Of a stretch of DNA of 64,000 bases, positions 38,328-49,750 are shown one piece after another. The notes beneath the pieces are model-generated. The model ran no database searches and was not told the DNA's origin. It was given only the letters and a program-made list of their open reading frames with translations. The stretch's first letter is position 1. Each line of letters begins with the position of its first letter. The position numbers were made by a program, and so were the translations under genes. The stretch comes from Vicugna vicugna (Eukaryota): contig MU058221.1 in the NCBI GenBank assembly GCA_013265495.1, positions 4,404,001 through 4,468,000 of the forward strand, in the 5' to 3' direction.

Positions 38328-39566
38328 CTCTTGGCAGGCAGCCCCTTGCCTCTCTGTCCCTGAAAGAGGACTGGACCAGCCATCTCCTTGGTCTCCCCAA
38401 CCCCATGGATGCCACTCTGACCCTTCCCCTCTCCTGGCCTCAGTTCCCACATCTGTCAAATGGGCTGGAAGATTTCTAAAGTCCTTCTCAGCTGCCTCTT
38501 CTCTTAGATGCAATGTCTGGTGGAATCTTCCCTTTGACAGAGCCTTGGAATCTTCCCTCGGTCAGCTCGGGCTGCTGGAACAACACAGCGTAGACTGGGT
38601 GGCTTCAATGACAAACACTGAGTCCAGAACAGGTCTTCAGACCTTAAGCCCTGGCATGTCTGAACGGATAGGGAAGAGAGAGAGGCTTGCCAGATGGTTT
38701 CAACAAAAACATCCCACATGCCTGATAAATATTTATCAGGCTGGAAGGTATAAACTTATTCCACGTATATGTCTGATGTTGTCACAATTCGGCTCCTGGA
38801 AATTCAAATCCGACTTCTCAGGGCTGGAGTCAGACATCTGGCAGCCGGAGCTCGGAAGAGCTGTGTGCCCTCCAGGGGCTCTGGTTGGCCCGGGGACAGG
38901 GATTAGGGTGTGTTATATGATAAATCACAGGAAACTGTACTTCTTATCCTAAATGTATTTGCAGACAGAGACACCAAGTCACAGAAGAAAGAAGACTAAA
39001 GACAATCCTGTTTTCAGCCGTCTCCCTTTGGTTCACCTAAAAAGGCAGCAGTGAGAAGGACATTTGGCAGGATTTGCTAAACTTGCTTACTCGAGATCTG
39101 ACCCCAGCCCTTAACCCTCAAAACACGTACTGAGAGCAAAGGGGGCTTAGAGGCTATCTCGGCTGCCTCCCCGAGCCCTGCCCTCTTGGGGCCTCAACGG
39201 AGTGGAAATGGAGGAGACACACGGAGGGGGTCGGGGAGGCACGATGGCCTTGGAGAGGATGGAACGATGACCCCCTGGTTGGTGACCTGAACTCTCAGCC
39301 CATCTGGAGCAAGGCATTCAACCTCAGGTTTTTCATCCATGAAATAGGGACCAAAATACCTCTCTCACAAGACGAGAGTGTTTTCCTTTCTTCCTTCTCA
39401 CCCTGACGGTGCCAGGCAGGGAGAAATAACCTGACGAATGTCTACTGGATAAATGTCACATTATGTCCAGAGGCAGCGCCAGGTCTACAGGTAAAATTTC
39501 GACTTATTCTCCCCTAAAGGGTCTTTCTGTAAAGCTGAAAGATAAATCTAGAGGGTGACAGCTCAA

Positions 39567-39695
39567 GGGGTGGGGATTGCTCACGGGTAGAGCAGGTGCT
39601 TAGCATGCAGAAGCGCCTGGGTTCAATCCTCAGTACTTCCATTACAGGAAAAAATTTTTTTTTAATTTTAAGAAGTTTTTAAAAAATCTTTTTTA
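39567..39695 (+). mobile_element. Diverged vic-1-type SINE
   Basis: ggggtggggattgctcacgggtagagcaggtgcttagcatgcag...ctgggttcaatcctcagtacttcca plus an A/T-rich tail. Confidence 0.85.
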
Positions 39696-40569
39696 ACATA
39701 GAGGACAGCAGTTGGAATGTTAAATCGGTCTCTAGCTCCAGGCTTATGCTCTTGTCTTTGGGAGTTCTGGGACCTCCTAGCTGAATGCTATGTTTTTCCA
39801 GAACAGGAGAGAGATGAATAGAGCCACAGGCAGCAGGGAGGGGAGCTGCTGCACCACAGAGACTGGCCTCCTCTCCCACCCGGGCTCCCTCACCGTTACA
39901 GGTCAGAAGTACGGTAAATGCGCCATACCTCAGAGCTCGCCTCCACACCCTGCACCTGGCACCCCAAGGACCAGCTTTTATCTAAGGGGAAACGACGGAG
40001 AGAAACCCCAGCCTCCTCTCGTCCCTCCCTGAAGTCTCAGAGTCGGCAACGTTTGCCTCTTTCCATTTGATTACAATTGATTTTAAGCCGCCATTTAGCG
40101 AAGACAGCAGAACACCGCACACAAACCTTGAACTAGCCTTAGCCCTTCACCTGGAGCTGGAAATGAGTTTTATTTCACTCTGTCGCACTGCAGCCCGCAG
40201 GCAGAAGCAAGGGCCCCGCTTCGAGAAAGAGCAGAGGGTTCAGCGTGATTCTTCAGAGAGCCCTGCAGCGGGACACAGAGCAGGATGCAGGGCCCCATTC
40301 AAGAGCACAGCTGCAGGAGGAGATGCTCTGGTTCTCTGACTGCTCACCTCGTGAAGTTTCCCTTCTTCCTCTCTGCCGACACAATTGCTAGTAAAAGGGA
40401 AGCGATGGTTCTGTTACTTTCCTGTCCTATCCACTCTCCTGCTTTCCTAAGTCACGAAAGCCACAGACAATTCTCCTCTTTACCTGGAAAACTCCCACTG
40501 CCCCTTCCCTGCACCTCCCTGACTGTCCCCTGACTCTGTGGTTCCGCTCAGTTCCAGAACCTGGAATGG

Positions 40570-40892
40570 AGCACTGTCTGGTAGAAATATAATGCTGGCC
40601 ACAAGTGGCATTTTAAATTTTCGAGTTACTGCATTAAGAAAGTAAAAAGAATCAAGCGAACCTAATTTTAATAGGGCATTTCATTCAACCCAGTAGATCT
40701 AAACTAGTATCAATTCAACATGGAATCAGTATCTTTAAAGCATTAATGAGATAGCTTGCATTCTCTTTTTCATGCTGCGTCTTCGGAGCACAGTGTATCT
40801 GCTAGACTCATTGCACATCTCCATTCGGACCGGCCACTTTTCAAGCGCTCGGGAGCCACACGTGGCTGGCGGGTGCTGAACTGGACAGCGCC
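40570..40892. mobile_element. MER33-like hAT-Charlie element
   Basis: gcactgtctggtagaaatataatgc...aagaaagtaaaaaga...attaatgagata...gccacacgtggctgg...tggacagcg. Confidence 0.8.
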
Positions 40893-41579
40893 GCCACTAG
40901 ACCAGCTCGCGCATCGTTCTGTGTTAACATGTTCATCTGCCCCGTGAGAGTGCTGGTCCCTACACGCAGGACCATTAACAGTGACTGACTCATAGCAGCT
41001 GCATAATAGCTCCTTGTGGAATGATTGACTGGATTAATAAATCACTGTCACTATTGACCACTGGTTAAAAAAAAAAAAAACAGCTCTGCTGAAGGCGGGG
41101 AGGGAAAGGGGATGTGGCTGGAGCTTGGTATTTTGAGTTAAACGCTGCTATGGAATTCTCGGATTGTGATGCTCAGAAATAAGTCAAAGATAGAGACTGA
41201 AGCTCAGGGAAAGAACAGGATGAAAAGTGAAGGCGATGGAGGCACGGTTGGGAAGGTCTTCCTTGCCACAGGAAGCAGAAACACACTCAGCTGCTTCACA
41301 TGAAAATGCTGTGGACCACTTCTAAGGAAAATCACAGCAGGCATCATCCAAAAACTAATCCCCGTGTGCCATGTTCCCTCCTGTGCTCATCACCTGGAGC
41401 AAGTCCTGGACAAGATGGAGATATGGGCAAGATCTGGATTCTCCCCCTCTGCTGAGTCCTCTCTCTTCCTCTCTCCCCACTCCTTCAAACGAGCAATATT
41501 CTCAAACAGAAAACTAACTCTCTCATACTACACCAGTGCTTCTCGATCTTTTTTTTTTTTTTTTTTTTTTTTAGAGAGC

Positions 41580-41726
41580 AGTGTGTGTACGTCACCTGGG
41601 GATCATCATGTTACAATGTGGGTTCCGACACAGTCAGTCTGGGGTGGCACCTGAGAGCCTGCTTTTCTAACATGCTCCACGTCCTGCTAACACTGCTGGC
41701 CCATGGGCCACACTTTGAATGGCAAG
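41580..41726 (-). mobile_element. MER5A1-like MITE
   Basis: tcacctggggatc...gtctggggtgg...tttctaacatgctcc...ccacactttgaatggcaag. Confidence 0.7.
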
Positions 41727-41964
41727 ACACTAGGGGTTAGAGATTTTACTCAAACTTGGGTTTTGATTTCTATAAGAGAACCCCAGAAAGAGAGCACATT
41801 AGTAGACAGGAATACAAGAAATTTTAGGGATTGGATGGGACCCCAAAAAGACCTCTGCTGAATCCTGTAAACAACCCCACAGAAGCAACACTGCTTACAG
41901 GTAAGGACATCTAATTCGTAGGTGGTGATTGCATAATTGCGACACAGTGCAAATCATGCTGGAA

Positions 41965-42165
41965 TTGAGGCTGAATTTTAATCCTATCAGTTACCCTTAG
42001 TAGCTACGTGGTTTTGCGATTTTCACTGCACTTCCAGGAACCTAAGTTTCCTTATCTGTAAAGTACATATAATATCACATAGCTCACACGGATTCTTCCA
42101 CTTCAAATAAAATAGCACACGTGCCATTGCCTGACACAGGCTAGAGGCTCAGCAAATACTTATTA
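41965..42165 (+). mobile_element. MIR SINE
   Basis: tagctacgtg...aacctaagtttccttatctgtaaag...tgcctgacacag...gctcagcaaata. Confidence 0.65.
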
Positions 42166-43700
42166 AATCTCAAGCAAAATATTTTCCCGCTACCTGTGTG
42201 AGGACCAGCACTGGAATAAACCCAAAGGGATGAGAAAGAATTTTTCAAATGAGATATGTCTGCTTTCAGGTTGATTAAGGCTCAGTGGTGAGGATATTTA
42301 TCTTCAACTAAATACAGCCCCCTGTTCAAAAGCAATGTAAATACATTCCAAGCAAATGTCTTCAGGGAAAGGGCATAATTTCATCTTTCCCTATTTTTAT
42401 ATTTCTTTACAGTTGCCGTGAGAGTATTTTAATAACCTCCATGGAGTTGAAAGTGATGCAAGTAATTGCCATAAGTAATTTAAGGACTATTAAAGCTAAC
42501 AAACCTCTCCTGTGAAATAACTTGTTAAGCAGTGATCAGCAGAAAACATGTAAAAACCGTGTGCGGTGTAAATTCAAGCTCTTTTTCCAGTTAAGCTGAA
42601 GTGCAAATGTAATTACATTACACATCAGAGGGGTACAGATATTAATGTTCTTCCCGCTCCAGCCTCGGGTTGGCTCAGGCTGAAGGTCTCTAATCAGATC
42701 CACTTCCTTCAGATGAGGGAACCTCGTCTCTGGAGTCATTTCCCACTACCTGAACTGGCAGCTAATTTTCCACGCATGTTTCTTGAGATTAGAAATCTGA
42801 GTGTTTCTGGGTGCAAAGCTCTCAGGGATCTGAGGATTCAGCCTTGATTTGGCCAATCTCTAACTGTGTGACCCTGAGCAATTCTTTTTACCTCGGCAGG
42901 CATGAACCATTGCAACTATGCAGTGAAAAGATTTGTATGGTGTGCCCTCAGAGATATCCTCCAGACCTAAAATTCTGTGATCCTAAACAAACTTTTAGAG
43001 CCAGAAGCCCCTTTTCTGCTGATCTGAACTATCAAAAAATATAACCATGAATCAATCAAAAGAAGGAAGGAAGGAAAAAAGAAAAGAAGAAAGAAAGAAA
43101 GATAAAAAAGATAAACTCATAAGTGGGTGTCACGAAGTTCACACATTTTATACCTCCTAGAACCTTAGGGGCCCATGCTCAGAGCCAACTGATTCTTCTT
43201 TCATGTACTAGCCTAGCATCTGATTGCCCTATTTGCTCACAACACATTGGAAGGAACAAGTTAGAAGAAACAGAAGAGATGACTGACCACAGTAAGTGAA
43301 AATCCAAAGAAGAAAACAGAAAACTTCAAGAGGGCAGGACTTTATCTGGCTCAGTCTACATACCTAGTATCAAGCACATAGTATACATACAATAATATTG
43401 AATGAACGAAAAATGAATGAATGAATGAAAGCAATGCTTACAAAAGGCAGATATAATTTTTTTAAGCAGTGCTCAGGGAACACTTAGTACAGATACAGAT
43501 GACCTGAGGAGCCTCCTAAAGGCCGTTTCACACACTGCAATTAACATCCACATGCGTGGCCAAGACAGCAAGGGACATTTACACTGTGCTCAGTAAGCTC
43601 TCATGATGATGGCAAGTGATTTCCTCTAGTTAAATGTGGTACCCTGAGCACATGTGTAGATCTCTGCTCCCTCCTCATATCCTACTCAAGAGTCAGGTGG

Positions 43701-43726
43701 TGTGTGTGTGTGTGTGTGTGTGTGTG
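43701..43726. repeat. (TG)13 microsatellite
   Basis: Read directly. Confidence 0.95.
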
Positions 43727-44109
43727 ATCTCCACAAAGAAAGAGAGAAAGGGGTCCACCGTGGGAAGGAGACATCAGGCAATATTTTCAGGCTAGAAAGC
43801 CTCGAAGAAACGATCAGAGCTGATAAAACAGAACAGCAAGGGCCTGCCAAAGGGAACCTGAGAGTCCGCCCGGTCAGGATTCGGACGCCTGGAAAGACTC
43901 AGAAGGCAGAGCACTGGAACAAGGGGCATAAGGAGCCAGGCTTCCAACAGGAGGATCCATTGAAAGTAGGTTAAGAAAGTGGTTAACTTCTCAGGTTCCT
44001 TCTCCCACCTTGGCAGGAAACCGGAGGTTGATTTTACAAAATAAAAATCCAGTGATGGCCCTGCCCCAGGATCAAAGCAGATGGCTGGGGAGGCACACAT
44101 CCAAAAACA

Positions 44110-44325
44110 GGGGATTTGTAAATATTAACTACTATAGATTAAATAGGTAAAGAACAGATTTCTTCTGTGTAGCTCAGGGAACTATATTCCATATCTTGTA
44201 GTAACCTATAATGAAAAAGAATATGAAAACGAATATATGTATGAACATGTATGACTGAAACATTATGCTGTGCCCCAGAAATTGACACGTTGTAACTGAC
44301 TATACTTCAATTTAAAAAGAAAAAG
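44110..44325 (+). mobile_element. 5'-truncated young L1 (3' UTR)
   Basis: agatttcttctgtgtagctcagggaactatattcc...gaaacattatgctgtgccccagaaattgacacgttgtaactgactatacttcaatttaaaaa. Confidence 0.9.
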
Positions 44326-44559
44326 ACAGAAACAAGGGCATGAATGAAAGTCTATATCCAGAACAGTGAGACCCAAGTGCCCTCATCTCTGCAGACTCTA
44401 AGGGCACTGGCAGCTTGGGGATATAATCCTCCGAACACCAGCTGCCAGGCCAGGAAACTGGAAGATTCTCACCCGGGGAAACAGAACACACCCGAAGAAA
44501 AGAGCTCTAAACACCGACCCTCAGTATTTACAGACACTACGTGATCCTGACACTCAGAA

Positions 44560-44950
44560 ACCACACTGTCAGGCAGGATTTTCCCATGAACAGCTGGATT
44601 TCGATCCACAACATATTTGACACGCTCTGCCTCTCCTTCAAGAAAAAGCAACTAATTTGCTTTAATAGGATGTTCTTAAGTATAAACAGACCAAAACACA
44701 CTGGAAGTAAGCCCTCTACCAAGAAAAGCCAACACCGAGCCGACAAAAGGAACTCAGAGGCGGTCAAGACAGTGAAGGGAGAGGAAACCTTTGTGTATAA
44801 ATGGGATCCTTCGAGGTTAAGAAAAAATATTCATCCACAGCAAAAGACCAGGATGTCATAGTTTTTGACAAATGGAAAACAAGTAAGAACTCTTAAAAAT
44901 GTTTAAGTGTGAAATTTGAAATGAAAGATTCAATAGAAAAAAATTGCAAC
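44560..44950 (+). mobile_element. HAL1/L1 ORF1-like fossil, left part
   Basis: A-rich decayed ORF1-like text ending aagaactcttaaaaat...gaaatgaaagattcaatagaa, which appears to continue at 47065. Confidence 0.5.
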
Positions 44951-44959
44951 GGGAAGTTT

Positions 44960-45450
44960 AAAATGTAGAGGACTATGGGACACTGAGACTCTGCCCCTAA
45001 AAGGAGCTCACTTGGCTCCCAGGGCAGAGGCAGCAGCTTGAAAAGCGACTGAATCCTATAGGCAGACTTAATGACACGTGTAGGGTGTGTGCCAGAGAGG
45101 CAGGGACTGGGTAGAACTTTCTCCAGGAACAGATGCCCTGGAAGGTGCCTTTTTAAAAATTCTTCTTCCCCCTGGCTGGCCCAGCATTCACAGGCACAAT
45201 GTAGGTCACTCTCCATAAACCTCGCTAACGCCATGTGTCCCACCCAGCAGCCCCCTGAGGACCCACCCTGACCAGCCCCTCCAGGGCAGGTCCTGTCCCA
45301 CCCAACCCGGCGGGGAAGCCTCGGCCAGCACTGGCCTCCCTCTAAAGTAACTCCCACGGTGCACCACCTGAAGGGTGGCCAAAATCTGCACCAGCACTCC
45401 TCCCAGATGGTGCCCACTCTGATGGGGGGAGGGGTCATTACCAAAAGGCA
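44960..45450 (+). mobile_element. Laurasiatherian L1 5' UTR-like fragment
   Basis: cagaggcagcagcttgaaaagcg...gtgccagagaggcagggactgggtagaactttctccaggaacaga resembles recalled carnivore/perissodactyl L1 5' UTRs. Confidence 0.55.
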
Positions 45451-45454
45451 CACA

Positions 45455-45921
45455 GTCCAATCAAAAAATGGGCAGAAGACCTAAACAGACACTTCTCCAA
45501 AAAAGACACACAGGTGGCCAACAGGCACATGACAGGTTGTTCAACATCACTAATTATTACAGAAAGGCAAATCAAAACTACAATGAGGTATCACCTCACA
45601 CCAGGCAGAATAGCCATCATCAAAAAGTCTACAAACAATAAATGCCGGAGAGAGTATGGAGAAAAGGGGACACTCCTACACTGTTGGTGGGAATGTAAAC
45701 TGTTGCAGCCACTATGAAGAAGGTTCCTGGGTTCCTTAAAAAAATAAAAATAGACTTACCCTATGATCCAGCAATCTCACTCCTAAGCATTTTTCTGGAA
45801 AAGATGAAAATCCTAATTTGAAATGATGCCTGTATCCCAGTGCTCATGGAAGCACAATTCACAATAGCTCAGACATGGAAGCGACCCAAAATGTCCATCA
45901 ATAGATAAAGGGATAAAGAAG

Positions 45922-45970
<49 letters not shown>

Positions 45971-46405
45971 GGAATAGTAGTCAGCCATAAAAAATGAAAT
46001 AATGCCATTCGTAGCAACATGGGTGGACTTAGATTATCATACTAAGTGAAGTAAGTCAGACAAAGAAAATATCATATGATATCATTTACATGTGGAATCT
46101 AAAATATGATACAAATGAAACAGAAGCAGATTTGCAGGCATAGAAAACAAACTTATGATTACCAAAGGGGAAAGAGGGAGGAGAAATAAATTGGGAATTT
46201 GGGATTAACATATACACACTATTATATATAAAATAGATAAACAACAAGGACCTATTGTATAGCACAGTGAACTATATTCAGTATCTTGTAATAACGTATA
46301 ATGGAAAAGAATCTGAAAAAAATATATATATATAATTGAATCACTTTGCTGTATACCTGAAACACTGTAAATCAACTATACTTCTACTTCAACTTAAAAA
46401 AAAAT
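45455..46405 (+). pseudogene. Cetartiodactyl L1: decayed ORF2 C-terminus plus 3' UTR
   Basis: ORF 45514-45717 ([30 protein letters not shown]...[15 protein letters not shown]) is the L1 ORF2 C-terminal cysteine-rich region. It is followed by the 3' UTR and A tail. Confidence 0.95.
45922..45968. repeat. Compound (AC)n(GC)n(AC)n microsatellite
   Basis: acacacacgcgcgcgcacacaca..., an alternating purine-pyrimidine tract inside the L1. Confidence 0.95.
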
Positions 46406-46409
46406 AAAG

Positions 46410-46585
46410 ACAAAAAAATAGAACTATCATATGACCCAGCAATTTCACTTCGGGCTATTTATTGGAAGGAAGCAAAAACACTAATTTAAAAAGTTTCATA
46501 TACCTTATCTGTGTTCATTGCAGCATTATTTACAACAACCAACACATGGAAACAACCTAAAGTGTCCATTAGTGGACAAATGAAT

Positions 46586-46646
<61 letters not shown>

Positions 46647-47050
46647 ATGGAATATAACTTAGCCATAAAAGAGAATGAGTATCATGCTAATTGAAATAAA
46701 TCAGACAGAAACAACAAATACCATATGATTTTACAAAACAAGCAAACAAACAAAACAAAACAAAATAGAAACAGACTCATAGATATGGATGGTGGTTGCC
46801 AGAAGGAAGGAAGACAGGGGTTGGATGAAACAGGTGAAGGGGATTAAGGTATAAAATAAATAAGTCACAGGACATAATGTACAGCATAGGGAATAAAGTC
46901 AATAATACTGCAATCAGTCTGTATGGGGATAGATGATTACTAAATATATCATCGTGATCAATTCATGATGCATATAGATGTCAATTGCCACGCTGTACTT
47001 CTGAAACTAATATAATATTGTACGTCAACTATACTTCAATAAAAAACTAA
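46410..47050 (+). mobile_element. Older L1 (L1MA9-like) ORF2 end and 3' UTR
   Basis: atagaactatcatatgacccagcaatttcac...aataagtcacaggacataatgtacagcataggg...gaaactaatataatattgtacgtcaactatacttcaataaaaa. Confidence 0.88.
46588..46646. repeat. Compound (AGAT)8(AGAC)6 tetranucleotide STR
   Basis: Read directly. Confidence 0.95.
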
Positions 47051-47064
47051 AAGGAAATAAAAAA

Positions 47065-48330
47065 TGAAAGAATAATATCAAGAGAATCTCTCAGAAAACA
47101 GAACAAAAGACAACAATAGGGAAGAAGAGGAAATTTGAGTATCAATCACTAACTGTGGTGTAATAAAGTTCCAGAAAAAGAGAACAGAGTGAAATAAAGA
47201 GGAAATTATAAAAAATATTGATGCACAGAATATTCTGATATATGGGAGACAGAAGTATTAACATTAAAAGAGCCTGTTGGGTGCAGAGCACAATGAATAA
47301 AGAGATTGCCACATCAAGTAACATGCTGTGAAATTCCAGAGCATTGGCGATGAAGAGATACAAAAATCTCTAATCATTAATAAATAGTTTACATGCAAAT
47401 GATTGGAAAGATGAATGTCAGGTGACTTCCCAACCACACAAAGCTAGAAGTCAACCAAGCAACAACTTCAAATTTTAAATGAATATTTGCATCTCAGAAT
47501 CCTACATGCAGTCAAATTATTAACTGAGCGTGAAGAGAGAATAGTACATGTGAACACGTTTGAGTTCTCGGAAAATATTTCTCATGCACGCTTAAGACTC
47601 TATCGATGAATGTACTTTCATGAAATCAGAGAATATACCAAGGACAAGAAAGAGGTGGGGTTTTAGGAAGTAAGAGGTATATTCTGGGAGAGAGGCCGTG
47701 GGCTGGGGCGGGCACACATCTGTACCACACAGAGCACAGTCTGGCCAAACAAAGCAAGAGGATTGGGGACTCCCAGAGTGACATCTGCAAGAACAACAAC
47801 AAAAGTGGATAATTTCCTCTTTATTTCACTCTGTTCTCTTTTTCTGGAACTTTATTACACCACGGTTAGTGATTGATACTCAAATTTCCTCTTCTTCCCT
47901 ATTGTTGGTGGGAAATGATAATCATCGGTGTTAATGAGTGAAAAGAATTAGTGATAGCAACATAGAAAAATAAGCAACGAGGGGAAAAAAAAAAAAACGG
48001 TGATGATTAACTCCAGGAAGGAAAATATTCCGAACCAGAAGGGAAATGCAATCACAAAATACTAAACAAAAATTAGGCGAACAGTTTACATTGTTTTAAC
48101 TAAAAATGTTGACATATCTGGAAAACATGAGGGAAAGCAAAGATGTTGGATCACATAAGGATGTGAAAGCCTCACTTAGTAAGAAGCCAATAAAAAGTGG
48201 GAAAAAACGATACAATTTAATAAATCAAAACCCAGCATTCAACTCAAAAGATTTAAGGAGGAGCAGAGCAGGGGACTTCAGGGTTTGTTTTGGTTTTTGT
48301 GGGTTTCTTTTTCCCTTTTAACAGTCTTCT
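47065..48330 (+). mobile_element. HAL1-like fossil, right part
   Basis: aatctctcagaaaacagaacaaaagac...agttccagaaaaagagaacagag...tgtgaaattccagagca...aagctagaag...cagaatcctacatgcagtcaaatta resembles the recalled HAL1 ORF1-like region. Right boundary approximate. Confidence 0.6.
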
Positions 48331-49199
48331 AATTCATTTTGGTAACAATTCTAAGTGACTTTCAAAGTGAAATCAGACTGTCATGAGTAACCGCCCCCGA
48401 GACAGCGGTTACGCTGGAAGTTTTCACCTGCAGTGTGGGGCACACGCCAGCCAAGTTAGAATGAACACAGCATGTGGACCAAGGAAAACTGACCGGGCCA
48501 GCACACCGGAGATGACCCAAGGCTCCCACCAAAGTCTGAGGGATCGTGTCCCAAGGGGCGGGGCAAGAGGCCTTGAAGATGATCTGGGCTCTGGGCTGGG
48601 CATCAGGTGAGCACACCCGTTTTTAGTTAAGGCGCTCAACAATATCAAGACCGCTGAAGGGCTCTACCTGAGGGAAAACGGCCACGGGGAGCAAGGGTTG
48701 TGCCGGGTGATAAGCAGCCCTCAGTCTCCAATGGAGAACTGAGCAGCCAGTGCTCACAGAGAAGCTCGATGATGCCTGCTGTCCAGGCAGGGGATGCTGT
48801 GAGACTAGATTGCGACAGCTCTGTGATCATGGAGGCACTCAGGGGCTTAATTAAATCTGTCCAGATTTCCATTAGCAACTGGAGCCCCAAACTCAGGTTC
48901 CAATTTCTGGAAGTAGGGACTACCCATGCACACCCAGCCCCATGGCTTCTTTGGCCCCAAGCCAGGCAGGGTCGGTTCTGCAGGTGGCAGGCGACACTGG
49001 GGACAGAGAAAACGGGGCCAGCACAGGAAGTGACCTGCAGAACAAAAATGTCTCACACAAGCCGGAAAGAATCCCTTCAAAATGGCTAAGTTTTATGTTA
49101 AGCTTTAGTGCTTAAAGCTTCCATTACATGAGATATTCACTTATGTAGAACAGCTCATTCCCCAGTAATATGAGATTAATGAAGCTTCACTGTGCATTA

Positions 49200-49750
49200 A
49201 AACCACCGAACTGGCTCAGATCAATGGTCTGTCCTGTCCGGTGTTCTGCCTTTTAGAGGGCATAAAAGAATATGAAATTCGGGGGACAGAAGCATCTGGT
49301 TTGAGGGCTTGGTGTCACCACTCCGCACTGCGTGACTTTGGGCAAGTTGTTTATCTGCTCCCAGCCTCAATTTACTCATCTGTGAAACAGCTCTAATAAG
49401 ACCTTCTTCTTGGTGGTGGGGGGGGGGGAATTCAATGAGATGATACCCTTAAAAGTACCCTCCAGGCGGTAACACAGTCTGACTGTGTTCATTAATTTCG
49501 TTGCATGAAATATGAAAACCTAGTAACTGTTGTCTCTCATGGGTTTCTTTGGTGTCCTGAAGATTGTTTACTTCTTTTTAAAAAATCCAGTTACTGACTT
49601 TTCTATGAATGTATTTTAAAAACTCCTAATCTGTCTAGAATTTGGGGTCTTTGATATTCTTGGTGAAATACTGATAAATTCAAAAAACCGATTGGGAAGT
49701 TGACAGAATCATTGTTTTTAAACCTTGGAAATCACAGAGACCTCCCTACC
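49200..49750 (-). mobile_element. Ancient CR1/L3 (Plat_L3-like) 3' end, interrupted by a MIR
   Basis: actggctcagatcaatggtctgtcctgtccggtgttctg matches the recalled antisense CR1 terminus actgggtcagaccaatggtccatctagcccagtattctg. Similarity resumes weakly after the MIR (ttctatgaatgtat, tgtttttaaacct). Confidence 0.55.
49275..49455 (+). mobile_element. MIR SINE
   Basis: ctgcgtgactttgggcaagttgttt...gcctcaatttactcatctgtgaaa...tcaatgagatgatac. Confidence 0.8.

Noticed and set aside
38242..38952. 236-aa ORF, the longest in the window
   Set aside because: It begins within the solo LTR at a non-ATG codon, crosses a MIR-like remnant, and shows no homology I recognise.
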